A stretch of 59,296 nt of DNA from Girardia tigrina (Eukaryota): the NCBI GenBank assembly GCA_001938485.1, contig MQRK01217429.1, positions 1 through 59,296 on the forward strand. Reading direction: 5' to 3'. Numbering within the stretch: the stretch's first letter is position 1; each line of letters starts with the position of its first letter. Positions 26,060 to 38,926 of this stretch are shown one piece after another. The notes under the pieces are model-generated. The model searched no databases. It saw only the letters and a list, made by a program, of their open reading frames with translations, and was not told where the DNA came from. A program made the translations under genes and the position numbers.

Positions 26060-26902
26060 TGTTGGTATATAGGTGTGATTAAAATGATTTATTCAAATGA
26101 GAAACGAAAACGAGACTTTTAAATAAAAATATGTATTTTCACTTTATACAAAAATTACAATTTAGAATTATATTTGAAAAGAACTTAAACTTATTCAAGA
26201 TTTTAAATATTGGGTAGGGGAGGAAACGCAACGTTTACCTCCAGTCAATTTAAATATATAAAAATATATTTACGAAATTATAAATAATTATATTGAATTT
26301 CGTACTTCAGCTCAATTTTTCTCTGAATCTTTCTTTCAAGTCGCTGGCTTTTTATACTCTGTCTCGCGTGACTTGTCGATTAATTGATTACTTTGTGTAA
26401 CCGTCAATCAGTTAATTGAGCAGGTGGTCTACGCACTTGACTTCCCTTTTAAAATATAATCTCAAGCTCTTAAAATAATTCCTAAGCAGCTGTCTTGTTC
26501 TCACGCAATTGAGCATTCAATCTTTTCTTCTAATTTCTAATCAGCTGTCTTGTTGTCACGCACTTGAACTTTCAATCTCCTTTTAATTAACTTTCTTGTT
26601 CTTTAATTAATAACTTTCTTAAATATAATTAAGGGTACTTATCTTCCTAACTTTCTTATCTTTTATACCCTTTTCTTTCATCTTTACTTTCTTTATTTAT
26701 TAAAATTAAGTTCTGTTTATTTTTCTCACATAAATACTTAATCTTTTTCCTTTAATTATTTATGTTCTTTCTACAATTAATTTCAATTATTTATATATAA
26801 ATTATATTTATTATCATAAAAGGGTAAATAATTTTTATTTAACCCAATTAATTAAAACAAAATATTTAATTTTTTAATCTTTATTTTTTTATATACTTAA
26901 CA
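26060..26902. mobile_element. Solo LTR (843 bp), 4-bp TSD CTTT, inserted in gag
   Basis: TGTTGGTATATA...TATATACTTAACA with CTTT on both sides. Confidence 0.88.
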
Positions 26903-27682
26903 CTTTGCGATATCTCGTCTATTAATGTTTTTAATTTGACTCGCACATCATCGGGTAAACAGCTTAAAAAAACATTGAAATATTTGATCATTAATCGGAA
27001 ACTGCGATAATCTGCATAATCGCCTAATATCTTAGGCTAAATCCTTCACTGTTTCATCTTTCCGTAACGTTCTCGATCTCAACTCTAAAAAGGAATCGAC
27101 ATCATCCTTCCCACAAAATTTTACCACGGCATCCTCGACCTTCTCCATATCATTTTGACTTTCTTTGTGTAAATTTTGCCACATTCTAAATGCTAACCCG
27201 TCGAATAGAATTTGGAATACATCGACCAAATTTTCGCCAGTCTTCTCTGCAATGATCTTCGCTCTCTCGAACCATCTATGTACATCTTCGTCGCCATTTA
27301 ATATTTTAATCATCTTCAATAAAGTCTTCATCACGTGATAGTTTGTATTTTCACCAAAAATAGATTAACAAAGTTTATTTAAGTACAACACAAAATTACA
27401 ACTTCTGTTTTTTATCACTTAATTAAACAAATTTACTTTCGAATAGTTAACAACATTATTACAAACTACTGATGTGTTTACTGTACAAATATGTATTTAT
27501 TTATTCATCTGAAATTTGAAATTTAAATTAATTTACCTAATTTAATTAATAATTTAATTTTGAATTTTTAGAAATATATATTCTTACATCTTTGAACGTA
27601 TTCATTAATTTTTAATTTAATAGTTTTTATATTTAAATCTTACGAAAGTGATGGGTTGGTAAAATAAAAATCACAAGACGTA

Positions 27683-28888
27683 ATGGAGGCATACACCGTA
27701 ATTAAAGTTTATCTTGTCAACACTAAAAATAATTATCCCAAATTTAGTTTGTTTTAATGCATCAATTTCATTAACTGTAATTTCATTAATCTAGCAATTA
27801 TTTTAAAATTGAAATTTTTTTTTCGTTTATTTTGTTAAAAGTCAAATTTATTTTAGGAACCGATCCGAGAATGCCAATGTCTGCCAAGAACATTAAACCT
27901 GTCAAACGGTGGTTTCCATGAATTCCTCAACGCTAGCTCCACCAAATGCAAATGTTACAATTCGTTATTGCTCCATAAAAATGAATTAGATTTCTTCCCG
28001 AAATTCTTCTCGGAATTCAATCAACTAACGACATTGGATATCAGTTATAACTCTTTCTCGAGCTTGCCAGAGGAAGTGTGTGTGATTTCGAATCTGAAGA
28101 AACTAATTGCCAAATGTAATCAAATAACCGACGAAGGAATCCCCGAGAAGATCGAGTTTCTCGTCAATCTGGATATGTTGGATCTCAGTGGAAACAGACT
28201 TCGTACTTTTCCTAAAGCGGTCATTGAACTGGTCAATTTGACTGAACTGGATCTAGGAGGCAATCAGATTAGCTGCGTCCCTAACATGATCAAACAGCTG
28301 AGGAATCTCGAAGTACTCTATCTCGGCGGTAATCAGTTGACCGATATCCCGAACGAGTTTGGGCTGCTGAAGAAAATGAAGATTCTCAATATGAGTGACA
28401 ACAAACTGGAGACGATCCCTGCAACTCTGGGTAATCTACGCTTTCTCGAAGGGCTCAGTCTCCACAACAATCAACTGAACACACTGCCGCCAAGAATCAT
28501 CAAATTAAATCGACTTAAAGAACTTTCTTTGAGAAACAATCCATTGGTCAAGCATTTTGTCCGGACTCTCGACTGGGACGTCCCGTCACTTCGGGAGTTG
28601 TCCGGCCGGGCTACACTTCTCTATCAATTGGAAATTGATGAAGAAAATCTGCCAACTGCCGTAGTGACGTATTTGAAATCTGCCCAAAGATGTGCCAACC
28701 CGTCTTGTAGTGGGGTGTATTTTAGCAGTCGAATCGAACACATTAAATTCAAAGACTTCTGTGGAAAATTTCGAATGCCACTGTTACAGTTTTTGTGTTC
28801 ACCGAATTGTGAATTGTACGGACGAGATTTGAGTGAATCGGATTCGGAGGATGACAGTTCTCGATTGAAAAAGGTGTTATTGGGTTGA
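27683..28888 (+). CDS. LRRC58: Leucine-rich repeat-containing protein 58 ortholog, 348 aa
   Basis: Exon 1 27683-27697 (MEAYT), phase-0 GT-AG intron 27698-27856, exon 2 27857-28888 open. LRR array, BC-box-like VPSLRELSGR, C-terminal CANPSCSGVYF...DFCGKFRMPLLQFLCSPNC and terminal KKVLLG characteristic of LRRC58. Confidence 0.92.
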
Positions 28889-30333
28889 CACGTGGTTACG
28901 GGGGAGAAGGAGAGATCGATTCAGATTATTTCTTTTCAATGTCTTTTGTTTTGGTTTATGATTTATTCATTAATCCGGACGTAATTTGTATAATTTATTA
29001 TTTGTTTTTTTTCTTTTTTTCTTGTTAAAAATTAAATATTTTCATTTTGGTAATAAATTTGACCAATTATTACCATCACAAATATTTCATAAGTGTTTTT
29101 TTATGTTGGATGATTTGTTTTGGCCAGGTGTTTATCCAAATAGAAATTTAGATTAAATGATTTCAATTATTTTTAGAATTTACAGAATGAGATTTACAAC
29201 TAAATTTTGAACTTAATGGTGGCTTAAAGACTTAATAAGAATATTAAGAACATTTAATCAAGTCTCGTTTGAATCTTTATTGCAATTACATTTAGAGTCT
29301 CAGAAAGTCTTTCATCGTTTGCCATCGTTCTAATTGGTTTTCTTATTTCTGTTTTTAATCATGATTATTCGAACAATTTTTCTAAGTTAATTTTTAAAAT
29401 ATTTAACCTCTAAAAAATATTAATTAAAAATATCAATTTTTAAAATTTTTCAATAAATCCCAAAATAATAAAAATGTTATCAAATTATTAAAAATGCATT
29501 TAATTTAAATTTTACTAACAAATATTAAACTTAATTTTAATTGTTAAATTAAAGATATGAAATTATAAAATGATTATTTTAATTATGTTCGAATAGTCAA
29601 TCAGTAAATTTAATAAAAAATACCAATTTCCATCTGGGTTGGAGAATCACCATTCTAAATTCAACGTACTTAAATCAACATACAGCATCCATACATTTAC
29701 ACATTCAAACAATTTAAAATATTCCTCACAAAGAACATGGATCATAATTGAAAACACTATTTATTAAATTATATTTTGCATTAATTTAACTTTATATATA
29801 TGAAAAGGTAATTAATTTTTGGTTCGCTGATCAAAATTTAAATAGTTTTACAAAAGATTATTTTGAATTAAAATCAAATTGAAAATTTTAAAAATTAATT
29901 AAGAATTTTAGATTTGAATTTAAAAACAATCTTTAGAAATTTATTTTAAATTAAAATATTATTTCAATAGAAAAATTATTTTATCAAAACAGATAACAGA
30001 TAAAACAGTATTTTTAAAAATAATTTAAATCCGATTAAAAAGTTTTTATTAATATTTGTAAAAGTGTATTTTCAAATTTTAAATTAATTTAAATATATTT
30101 TTAAAAAATTAAAAATCATTAAAAATCAAAAATATATAAAATCATTTTGATAAATATCTTTAAGTTGAATGTTATTTTTGATTTGATGGATGAAAATTTA
30201 TTTGAAAATAGAGATCAGTGGATTAATTATTAATTAAGGAAATAGTTGGAAATTTTGTTTGAATGTTGTTTTATAATAAAGATATAATTTGAGTAAAATG
30301 AATTCTGATATTGACGTCACAATATACTTTGAA

Positions 30334-30913
30334 GGGCTCGTTCGTAAAATACATAATGCGAAAAATTGAATTTTTAGATCCCCCTCCCCCTTGTCAAGTT
30401 TCACACTTTCATAAGACCCCCCTATGTGTCTCTTCACAAATCACAAAAATAAAAAATATACAAACTACAATATTTCTCATCAATTTTTTCAAAAATTTGA
30501 GCTAAATGCTCTTAAATTGTAAAATTTGGCATATTTTCCTGTAATTCATATTCTTCGGGCATTAACAAATCCGTAATTTCTTCGATAAAAAAATTTTCTT
30601 GGATCTATTCGACGCATTTGGATCCATCATTACCTTCAAGTATTGCAAGTACTTGATTTTCCTCTTTTCGTAGTATCTTTTTAGTTTTAGGACCTCGAAT
30701 CTTTAATACGTCGTGTAATAAAATTTACATAATTCATTTAATTCTATTGTTAAATCAAGCATTATATTATTAATTGTTTTTTGAAAAATGATTTCAATAA
30801 TAATCATTTTTGTGATGTAACAAATTTTTAGACGCCCCTCCCCCCTTGTCACAAAGTGTCACACTTTCATAGACCCCCGTCCCCCTATGCGTTCTGTATT
30901 TTACGAACGAGCC
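30334..30913. mobile_element. PIF/Harbinger-type MITE
   Basis: TIR GGCTCGTTCGTAAAATAC ... GTATTTTACGAACGAGCC followed by TAA; subterminal CCCCTCCCCCTTGTCA repeats. Confidence 0.8.
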
Positions 30914-31840
30914 TAAGAGACTTCTTTAAACTGATTCATAAAAATAGACGATTGGGTAATTATAATAATATTGCTGGGTATTTTGAAGTTCGGAGATTGG
31001 TTGTGAAGATAACTTTTTTTACATGTTATGCAGTGATTGGAAAATTTATTTACAGAGAGTTTCTTGTAAAACATTATGTATTAAATCACTTTGTTAATAG
31101 TATTATAATAACAACTACGTCAGTTGATTATATAATCGTCATTTTATATACAACTTAACACAATTTTCGTAAATTAAGTTAAGAATCATAAATTTAAATA
31201 AAATTTACTTCTAACAATGGCGTTGTTAATTATGATTATAAAAACTTTTCATTGTTTATTTTTGAATTACAATAAAAAACTTTGATCCTTCTTAATTTCC
31301 ACTCTTATTTTTATCTATTGCGCAATTAAATTATTGTTATAATTAGTAGTTTTACACGTTAGTAATCATGAAGTCAAGACTGTTTCGTTAAAATAATTAA
31401 AATAAATTAAATAACTTCAGAAGAAAACATTAAAATTTATTTAAAACTGAATATACATGTGTAATTAAAATTTAAGCATGTCGTACAAAAGAATGATGTG
31501 ATAATCGAGTAATTATCCAATTTGTAAAACAACAAATTTACCAATTATATTTGTAAATAAATAATTAGTTTAGAATTCGTTAAATTTTTGATCTATAAAT
31601 ATTGAATTAGTATATGAAGGATTCAGAAAATTCAAAAACTGAATTATGCTGCAGTATAATCGAAGAGACTTGTTGTCCTTTCTGTAAGCGAATCCAGGAA
31701 CATAATGGAAAGGAAAGTGATAGTAATATTGTTCAATATAGAAAAAAATGCTAAAATAGTAAAGTTGATATAAGTTAAAATTATGAATATTGATCAAATG
31801 ATCTCTAGACGATCAGAAATTAAATTTAAAATTAACTAGT

Positions 31841-32914
31841 TGAAGAAGACCTGAATAGAAATATATTTTAAAATAAACTAACATTACAGCAACTATTAAT
31901 TTAAACAAACGGATTTATTAATAATTCTATAAATCCATATAAAATCACACCACATGCCCCTAGCCCTTAAGACACATAATCATACTCCGCTTGAACAAGG
32001 TGGAATTTTGCCACCTTCGCATGCTGTTGCGCCCGCACACACAAAGTCTTCAAATCGTGCCGGTCTGCGAATTGCTCTGCTAGGCCGCTCACCAGCAGGC
32101 TCCCCAGTTGGTCCAGATTCATGTACAGGTTCTGATTCATCAACCCGAAGGCCATCGCGATGCGCTGATTGCATTTCAACGTTTTCCCTCATTTCGTGAT
32201 CTGAACAAAACCAAGCTGATCCCGAAGGTGCATGCCGCACGTGGCTGACGTGATACGGCCTCCCGTAAACCTTCACTTGATGTACTGATTGCGTCCCCGT
32301 GACTGTTCCGCGCTTCCACCGCGACACGCAGCTGAATGATGGTGCTGGTTTTACGAACACCGTGCCCCGACCTGCCAGCTCCGTTGGTGATGGATTATAC
32401 TGCGATCCCGGATGTGCTTGATTGAAAGTTTTTGGCAATGGCAATCTTCTCTTTTGTGCAAAATCCGTCTACGCCGAAATTACTCCATTTGCATTTGGGG
32501 TCGCGTTGTTCCAAGCAACCATCTCTTGGACGTCCCTGCCGCTCCGAGCGATCATTTTCTTGAACGTTCGGTGGTTGCGTTCCACAATGCCATTGCCACT
32601 TGGCCGGTTTACGCATCCAAATCGGGCCTCGATTCCGACCTGAGCAAGGAGGCCCGCAACCCCCAATCCCTTGAAGGTGCTATAATTATCCAACAGAACT
32701 TCTTCTGGTGGCCCAAACTCGTTCCACACACTGCTCATGGCTGCACATATGTCCGGTTCGCTCTCCGATACGATTTTGCGCAATATTGTAAACCGCCCAG
32801 GGTCGCAATCGACCATTGTAAGGAATTTTAAAATAAACTAACATTACAGAAACTATTAATTTAAACAAACGGATTTATTAATAATTTAATAAATCCATAT
32901 AAAATCACACCACA
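31841..32914 (-). mobile_element. 1074-bp deleted Gypsy element: truncated 5' LTR, integrase only, PPT, 114-bp 3' LTR; TSD CTAGT
   Basis: Direct repeats at ~31866-31954 and 32826-32914. CTAGT at 31836-31840 and 32915-32919. Integrase FGPPEEVLLDN...PSGNGIVERNHRT; PPT AAGGGCTAGGGGCA. Confidence 0.92.
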
Positions 32915-34166
32915 CTAGTAAATCTAAAAAAATTTAATGTGGGATCTTTTTCCAGGTCTCCATTTAAACTATGTTATTTTTCGAGGCGATCGTATATAAT
33001 TATATTTATTCTGATACGTTTAATCCTTTAAACCTTTTGATTCTGAATGTAGTTAGAAATCAGCATTAACTAAGTGAGAAATACATTTTGAAATAGGATA
33101 ATTTCCCTCTGACTACACACAACTTCCAAATCTGTTTGTTGTGTTAGAAGGTATTTAAAAATTACAGCAAACTAAAATAAACAGTTTCCGTGTTGAGTAC
33201 TGATCCATCTTTGTAAATAAAAGATATTGTTATATAAATATATAATATTCTTCAATATAGAAAAAACTGCTAAAATAGTAGAGTTGAAATAAGTACTTTT
33301 AAAATTCTATGTTCATGACTTAATTATTAATAGGAGGATGGTGTGTGAAGTAGTGATGATAAAATCTTATGATCCTAAAATCAAAATACAAACACCATCT
33401 TCAACTTTATTGAAAGTATTTCTGACTTAATTTTTGCACAATAATTCCATAAACATCACTTTGATTTTTAAATTGCGAATATATCATTATTAGTTCTGTC
33501 GAACGACAATGGTAAATATGTAACAATTGATCACAACACATTTTCAGAGCGTTATTTAACTTCCATATATTTATGTATTATTCAATTATTATGTATTATT
33601 ATGTATTTAATTATTTATGTATTATTTATTTCATATTTAAATTAACAAATTTGAACCAAAGCATTGTTTAATAAGAAAAAGAATATGAATTGGGAAAACT
33701 AAGTATGATGTCAAAAATATTTATTTGTAAATAACTTTATAACATTAAACTCATTTTTATAGGACCCCCTTTTACCAAGCCAAAATTATAACTGAGTTTG
33801 AATAGCTTCGCAAGTTCTCTATTATGTTTCAGTTCCTTATCTGAAAAATAAATGCTTATCTCAATCACAGAACTAATACCAAACAGAATGACAGGAAGAA
33901 TGAGATCGACTTTTATTCAGAAAATTTTACTGATTTATGTATTCGATTCGCCGACTAAGTTAGTTCACTAGAAGATGTGAAGACTGCCAAAACGTAACCA
34001 AAGAGATATAATGTACAAATTCTGCCGTATTTGTACAATCACTCAAACATTATGATAAATAAATATTGGGCCTACCATCTCTTTCAAGAATGGTATTGAG
34101 CCTATAGGCTCTTTAGATGATCCACCCAAACCAAATAAGTCTATAAGCTCCCCGACTTCTTCTCGT

Positions 34167-35843
34167 CTAATTCAGAAGATGGCAATTGAATCCTTCCGAC
34201 TCTTCTTCTTGAGGGACTCTTGGTCTATGATCTTGTTTCTCGCGTCGATTTAATTCTGTCTGCTCCGCGAATTCACTGAAACAAGATTCGTATGAACATT
34301 GAAACAGTTTCATCCGCGGTCTGATAAGTTTTGGCATGTCTTCTAATCTCCGCCCAATTATTCGCCTCTCGCATATTATTGAATCGATCCTATCTTTCAT
34401 CTTAAGTTGAGCGCTTTCCTGCTGAATTAATATTAAGAAATCATCAAAAGAAGCGGTTTCTCCAAAAAGCCATTCCGTGTCGACTGTTAGGCATTCTTTG
34501 ATTTGTTGCTTCTTTCTTCCTGAGATTTTCTTACCTTCTCTCATTGAGGATTCAGTGACTCTTTTTAGGATCACCGGTCCATTGCCAGAAGCTAAGAGAG
34601 CAGGGAACTGGAGTCGTCTCTTAGCTAGAATGTCCATTGGGTGAGGTAACCCAATTGTGATGGTATCCATTCTGATCTTCTGATCCTTCCTTATCCAAAA
34701 CACTAGTCGAGTACCATGATTGTATAGGCTCTGCAGTTTCTTTACCAGTGTGTCGGTAGCCCTCCAATTTTCACACCCATAGTATACTACAGGTAGTATA
34801 CAATTCTCAATCAATTTTCACTTGCTTCGGATCGTTAGTTTTGGACACTTTAGGATAGGCATCAAAGTTCGTAGCTTGCCGTACCCTTTCCTTATTCTCT
34901 CTCTGATATCTGCCTCACAAGTTCCGTAAGAAGATATTATTGATTCATGGTAAAAGAACTCGGTAACCCATTAGATTCCAGAAATCATCTCGCAACCTGC
35001 TGTTTGTATTTTGGAGTCACCATTTAGATTGATAAGCTTGGTCTTTTTTATGTTGATCTTTAGACTCAGTTGCTGGAACACTCCGTTTAGAATAGGTAGA
35101 TTTCTTGTTAACTCATTATAGTCTTTGTCAATGAGACAAACGTCATCTGCATACGCTAAATGATTGATCTTAAGTTCGGTTCCATCCTCATTTCGTAATT
35201 TTACCTCTTCTGTCATGCCATTTGCTTCTGCTAGTTTGAGTGCTCTGTCAAACACAATATTAAACAATATCGGTCCCAGAACACAACCTTGTCTTACGCC
35301 TTTGAACATTGTGAACTCATGTTCACCAATTAAGCCCTTGAATCCCTCATGAAATTGAGTAATCATGCTCAATGTTCTGCCATTTATTCCCAGCTTCTTT
35401 AGGCATGTCCAAAGCACATTTCTTGGTACACTATCGAAAGCTTTCTCCAAGACTATGAAAATTACATATAAGTCTTAGTTTCTGTACCTTGCTTCTTCCT
35501 GAATCTTCCGAATAATACATATTGCATGTTGCGTTCCCCTACCGCTCCGGAAACCAAATTGCCATTCATCAATTTTTCTTTCAACTATCGGGATAAGTCT
35601 ATTTACTATAACCATTACCATTATCTTTCCTCCAACTTCAAGCAAAAATATCCCTCGGTAATTGTTGAGGTCATTTCTTAAACCATTTCCTTTGTACATT
35701 ATGACCACCTTTGTAGCGATATGGTTAAGGATTAGGTTGGGTTGCTGGCCTAACCGTCCTTGTTTCTCAGTTTAGCCTAGGGACGGAAATTCACCCAGCC
35801 TAGTTTACCTGGACTACTCCACGGGGAGGCGAGAGACATTACA
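34167..35843 (-). mobile_element. RTE-like non-LTR retrotransposon, internally deleted (5' UTR fused to RT)
   Basis: NNYRGIFLL, QFGFRSGRGT, EKAFDSVPR, GVRQGCVLGPILFN, LAYADD, YGCENW and a C-terminal C2H2-like remnant. No APE domain. GC-rich leader at 35712-35843. Confidence 0.88.
35761..35838 (-). ncRNA. HDV-like ribozyme core, 5'-truncated/degenerate
   Basis: Minus strand: P2 UGUCUCUC, P3 GCC, L3 UCCCCGU, P3' GGA, P1' GUAGUCC, AG-GUAAA, P4 CUAGG...CCUAG, J4/2 GCUAA, P2' (AC)UGAGAAACA. The 5' strand of P1 is absent. Confidence 0.6.
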
Positions 35844-36101
35844 ATAAATATTACTGAATTGTACATTATTTGATTTAATCTCAATTTTCGGAATAATGGA
35901 AAACATAGTTTATACAAAGTGCAAAGGTTTGAAAATTTTAATAAAGAACTTTGTGGTTTAGCTTCAGTCTTCCGATAAAGAAAAGTCTCTATCTAAAGAG
36001 AAGTGCTCAGGTAGTTATCTAATAAAAAGAGAAATAATATAAACAACGGGGCTGCCAATGCAAGACACTAGTAAAAAAAGAGCCTGCTAGGGTTGGATAC
36101 C

Positions 36102-36155
<54 letters not shown>

Positions 36156-37899
36156 CATTTTCCCCAACGAAATACAGGAAGTGTTGATTACATGCCTACT
36201 TTTTTCAATGATTTGTTTTTCAAGGGTAAGGATGCTGATCAACAGAAAAGGGCAGTATTACATAAAAATTTTTTCCACAATAACTGATAACATTATATGG
36301 AAAATAAGCGAGACAGACAAACAGTTTCCGTGGGAAAGAATGACCGATTATCACGTGATTTCAAATACTATTTATTATAACTAATATAATAACATATTAC
36401 GCTGATTTGTATATTTGAACTATGATAGTCGTAGGTTGTCAGTTTGAAGTTCTTATGATACATCATACATTTCATATTCAGTCTAAAAATGTCATAAAAT
36501 TCTGAATTTGAATGTAAATGTAATGCTTAAAAATTATAAACTAAAGAAATATTTTGGCATATTTGACATATTTTCTTTAACAACCTCCTGGATTTTTAAT
36601 ACAATATTTTGGGGGATAAGAAATTCCTCCCCCCATTTGCATTGAGATGCGCTGTTTAAATTTACTTTTAAAAATTCAAATCTTCAGTTTTTAAGGTCTT
36701 CAATCTCGAATTTTATTTGACTTTCAGTCTAATATTTAGCTATTGACTATATATAAATAAATAAATAAAATCATTTCGAGAGCTAATCGAATTTTTGACG
36801 TCATTTTCATTCTGTGTCATTTACCAGTTCAGTTGACCTCGACTTACCTAATCTAGAATTCAGATTCATAAATTCACTTAACAGTTTTTGGGAAAGCAGA
36901 AATAATTAACTATTATTTTTTGTACAGAATAATCGAACTATGGTCCGTCAATGGAATCTTTGTACATATGTTGATAAGGTATCCGATCTGCGTATATTTT
37001 CCTGCACAAATGAAAAACTTAGGAATTGAACATCTTCGAATTATCTTACTTCCTCGTGGATGATATTTGTACCTACAAAATAACAGATGGAATCAACAAG
37101 GATGAAGTTGAGAAAGTTTAAAGAACAATTTGAAGGGTTTCTTTCCAGATTTTGTTTTTGACAGATTTCAAACCAGGTTATCCACAAAATACTACAAGTA
37201 TAATTACTACGCCGTTGTCGCGACTAATGTTCTACACAAACAATATTTGTTCCCGTCTCAGTATCTTTAAAGTAAATGATTATTAATATGAAATTTTCAT
37301 TTAATTTCTGTTCATTTTTTATGGATTCCCAAATCAAAGAATTTCATAATCTTAGAATAACATCAAACCCAATGTAACACTTTATTTCAAAACTGAATTA
37401 AAACTGCCACAATACATTATGTATATTAGATTAACCCTAAAGTTCGGTTTCATTTGCAGAAAATTCTATTTTAACTCATTCTCTTTTAATCCTTCATAGT
37501 ATTTTTTTTAGAATTATTATTACACAACCTTTATTAAATCATTAGAACCCACGCGGCGTGTTTCTCCGTTTTAAAAATTCCTATGTTTTACAAGATAAAT
37601 GAATGACATCCTTTAAATGGGGTAAATGCCATGTAATCAATGGGAGAGTTTGTTTCTGGCAAATAAATAAAAACGTATTTATTATGGGGCTAGGTAATTC
37701 TTTAGCAAAAGTATTAAATATAAAATTATGAATAAATGATGAATAAACAATATTAATAAATGTAATTCATCTTTTTGCATACTTTGTAATTTGTGATATC
37801 CTTTTATCATCTTTAAAAACAACAGACTTTTTCAATTACATTTTTTTTAAAAACAACACAACGGAATCATACTAAATGTTGTAATCGAAAAATATAGTC

Positions 37900-38760
37900 A
37901 TATGGGCTGGAAAATGGGATTTAGACAATGATAGCAGCAGAGGAGACACAGCACTACATCATTTCAAAAACGAACGTTTAACATTTTCAAACACGATGGA
38001 AATGTAAGTGTAAGCTTTTGCAATAGCCGACAACAAAGGTGTTAAGCATAATGTCATGTCAGTCACAATGGTAAGGATATTTTTGAAATCTATTGACATG
38101 TCAGTGAAACTGTAAACAAGTACTTGACCGTCAGTAGCCTCGTTAATTTTCTCCCGAAATTCCATGTTTACCTGGAGTACCTGGGATTTTTGCAGAAAAT
38201 AAAGTAAGGTGATTACAAAAGAAAGTTGAAGACATATAGTTCTTTGGTATCCATTAATTTGTCAGTCAGCAAGCCCCACTAGGGTTGCACAGCTTCTCAT
38301 GGAGAATTTTCTAGTGTTTCTTATCGAATAGTTGCACGTAATTTGTATGGATAAAGTTAGCTTTAGTAAATTCACTTCATACTTGACATAATAACTTCAG
38401 AAACGCTGGCAGGTTTTAGTTATGAAACTTTTCAAAGAAATTCTTGCAGCAATGAACACCTACTGCACTTATTGATGTTTCGTTGATTTATTAGCTTGTA
38501 AAACTGTTTCTCTTTCTAAATATCCAACGATGATGGCCTCGCATTTCGGTGCAATTCCAATGTCTTCTTTTTCGGCTTTTTTCTTCAAAAGGCTCTTCAC
38601 ATGCTTCAATAAAGCATCATGGTTACATATGATTTTTCTGTTCTAGTATAACGTGCTCACTACACATTCGTTTACTCGACCAGCAGCCATAATCTCAGAG
38701 GACGTGTAATTATTCTTCTTTTAACTCAGAACCATGATGCAGTAATTGCGATTCTGATAC
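37900..38760 (-). mobile_element. Highly degenerate transposase remnant, probably CGGBP1-related hAT
   Basis: EKINEATDGQVLVYSFTDMSIDFKNILTIVTD and upstream KHVKS / FIAA fragments; many stops. Confidence 0.45.
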
Positions 38761-38926
38761 TTTACTAGCAGTCAATGTATGTCTCAATCCAATTAATTTT
38801 ACTCTACGTCTGTCTTCAATTTGTCCCCTCATATTCAGTCCTAGGTAAATCCTTGTCTACATTAATTCATGACCCTCGCGCGGTAATGGGTATGCGTAGC
38901 TCTTACTAAGTGTCAATGTCACAATA

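Larger units (their letters stand above)
23787..27455 (-). mobile_element. Gypsy element (112-bp 5' LTR 27344-27455, gag with two CCHC knuckles, protease, RT), interrupted by two solo LTRs
   Basis: CFSCGKLGHIAKEC, ALIDSGSDVS, YRDLNQFISSHT...ELREWR (rejoined across the insertion), YVDD. Confidence 0.88.

Noticed and set aside
31954-32831. Multiple overlapping plus-strand ORFs
   Set aside because: Shadow ORFs of the GC-rich minus-strand integrase.
33940-34010. GGCGAAU-containing segment as a second HDV-like ribozyme
   Set aside because: P1 and P3 pairings could not be built.
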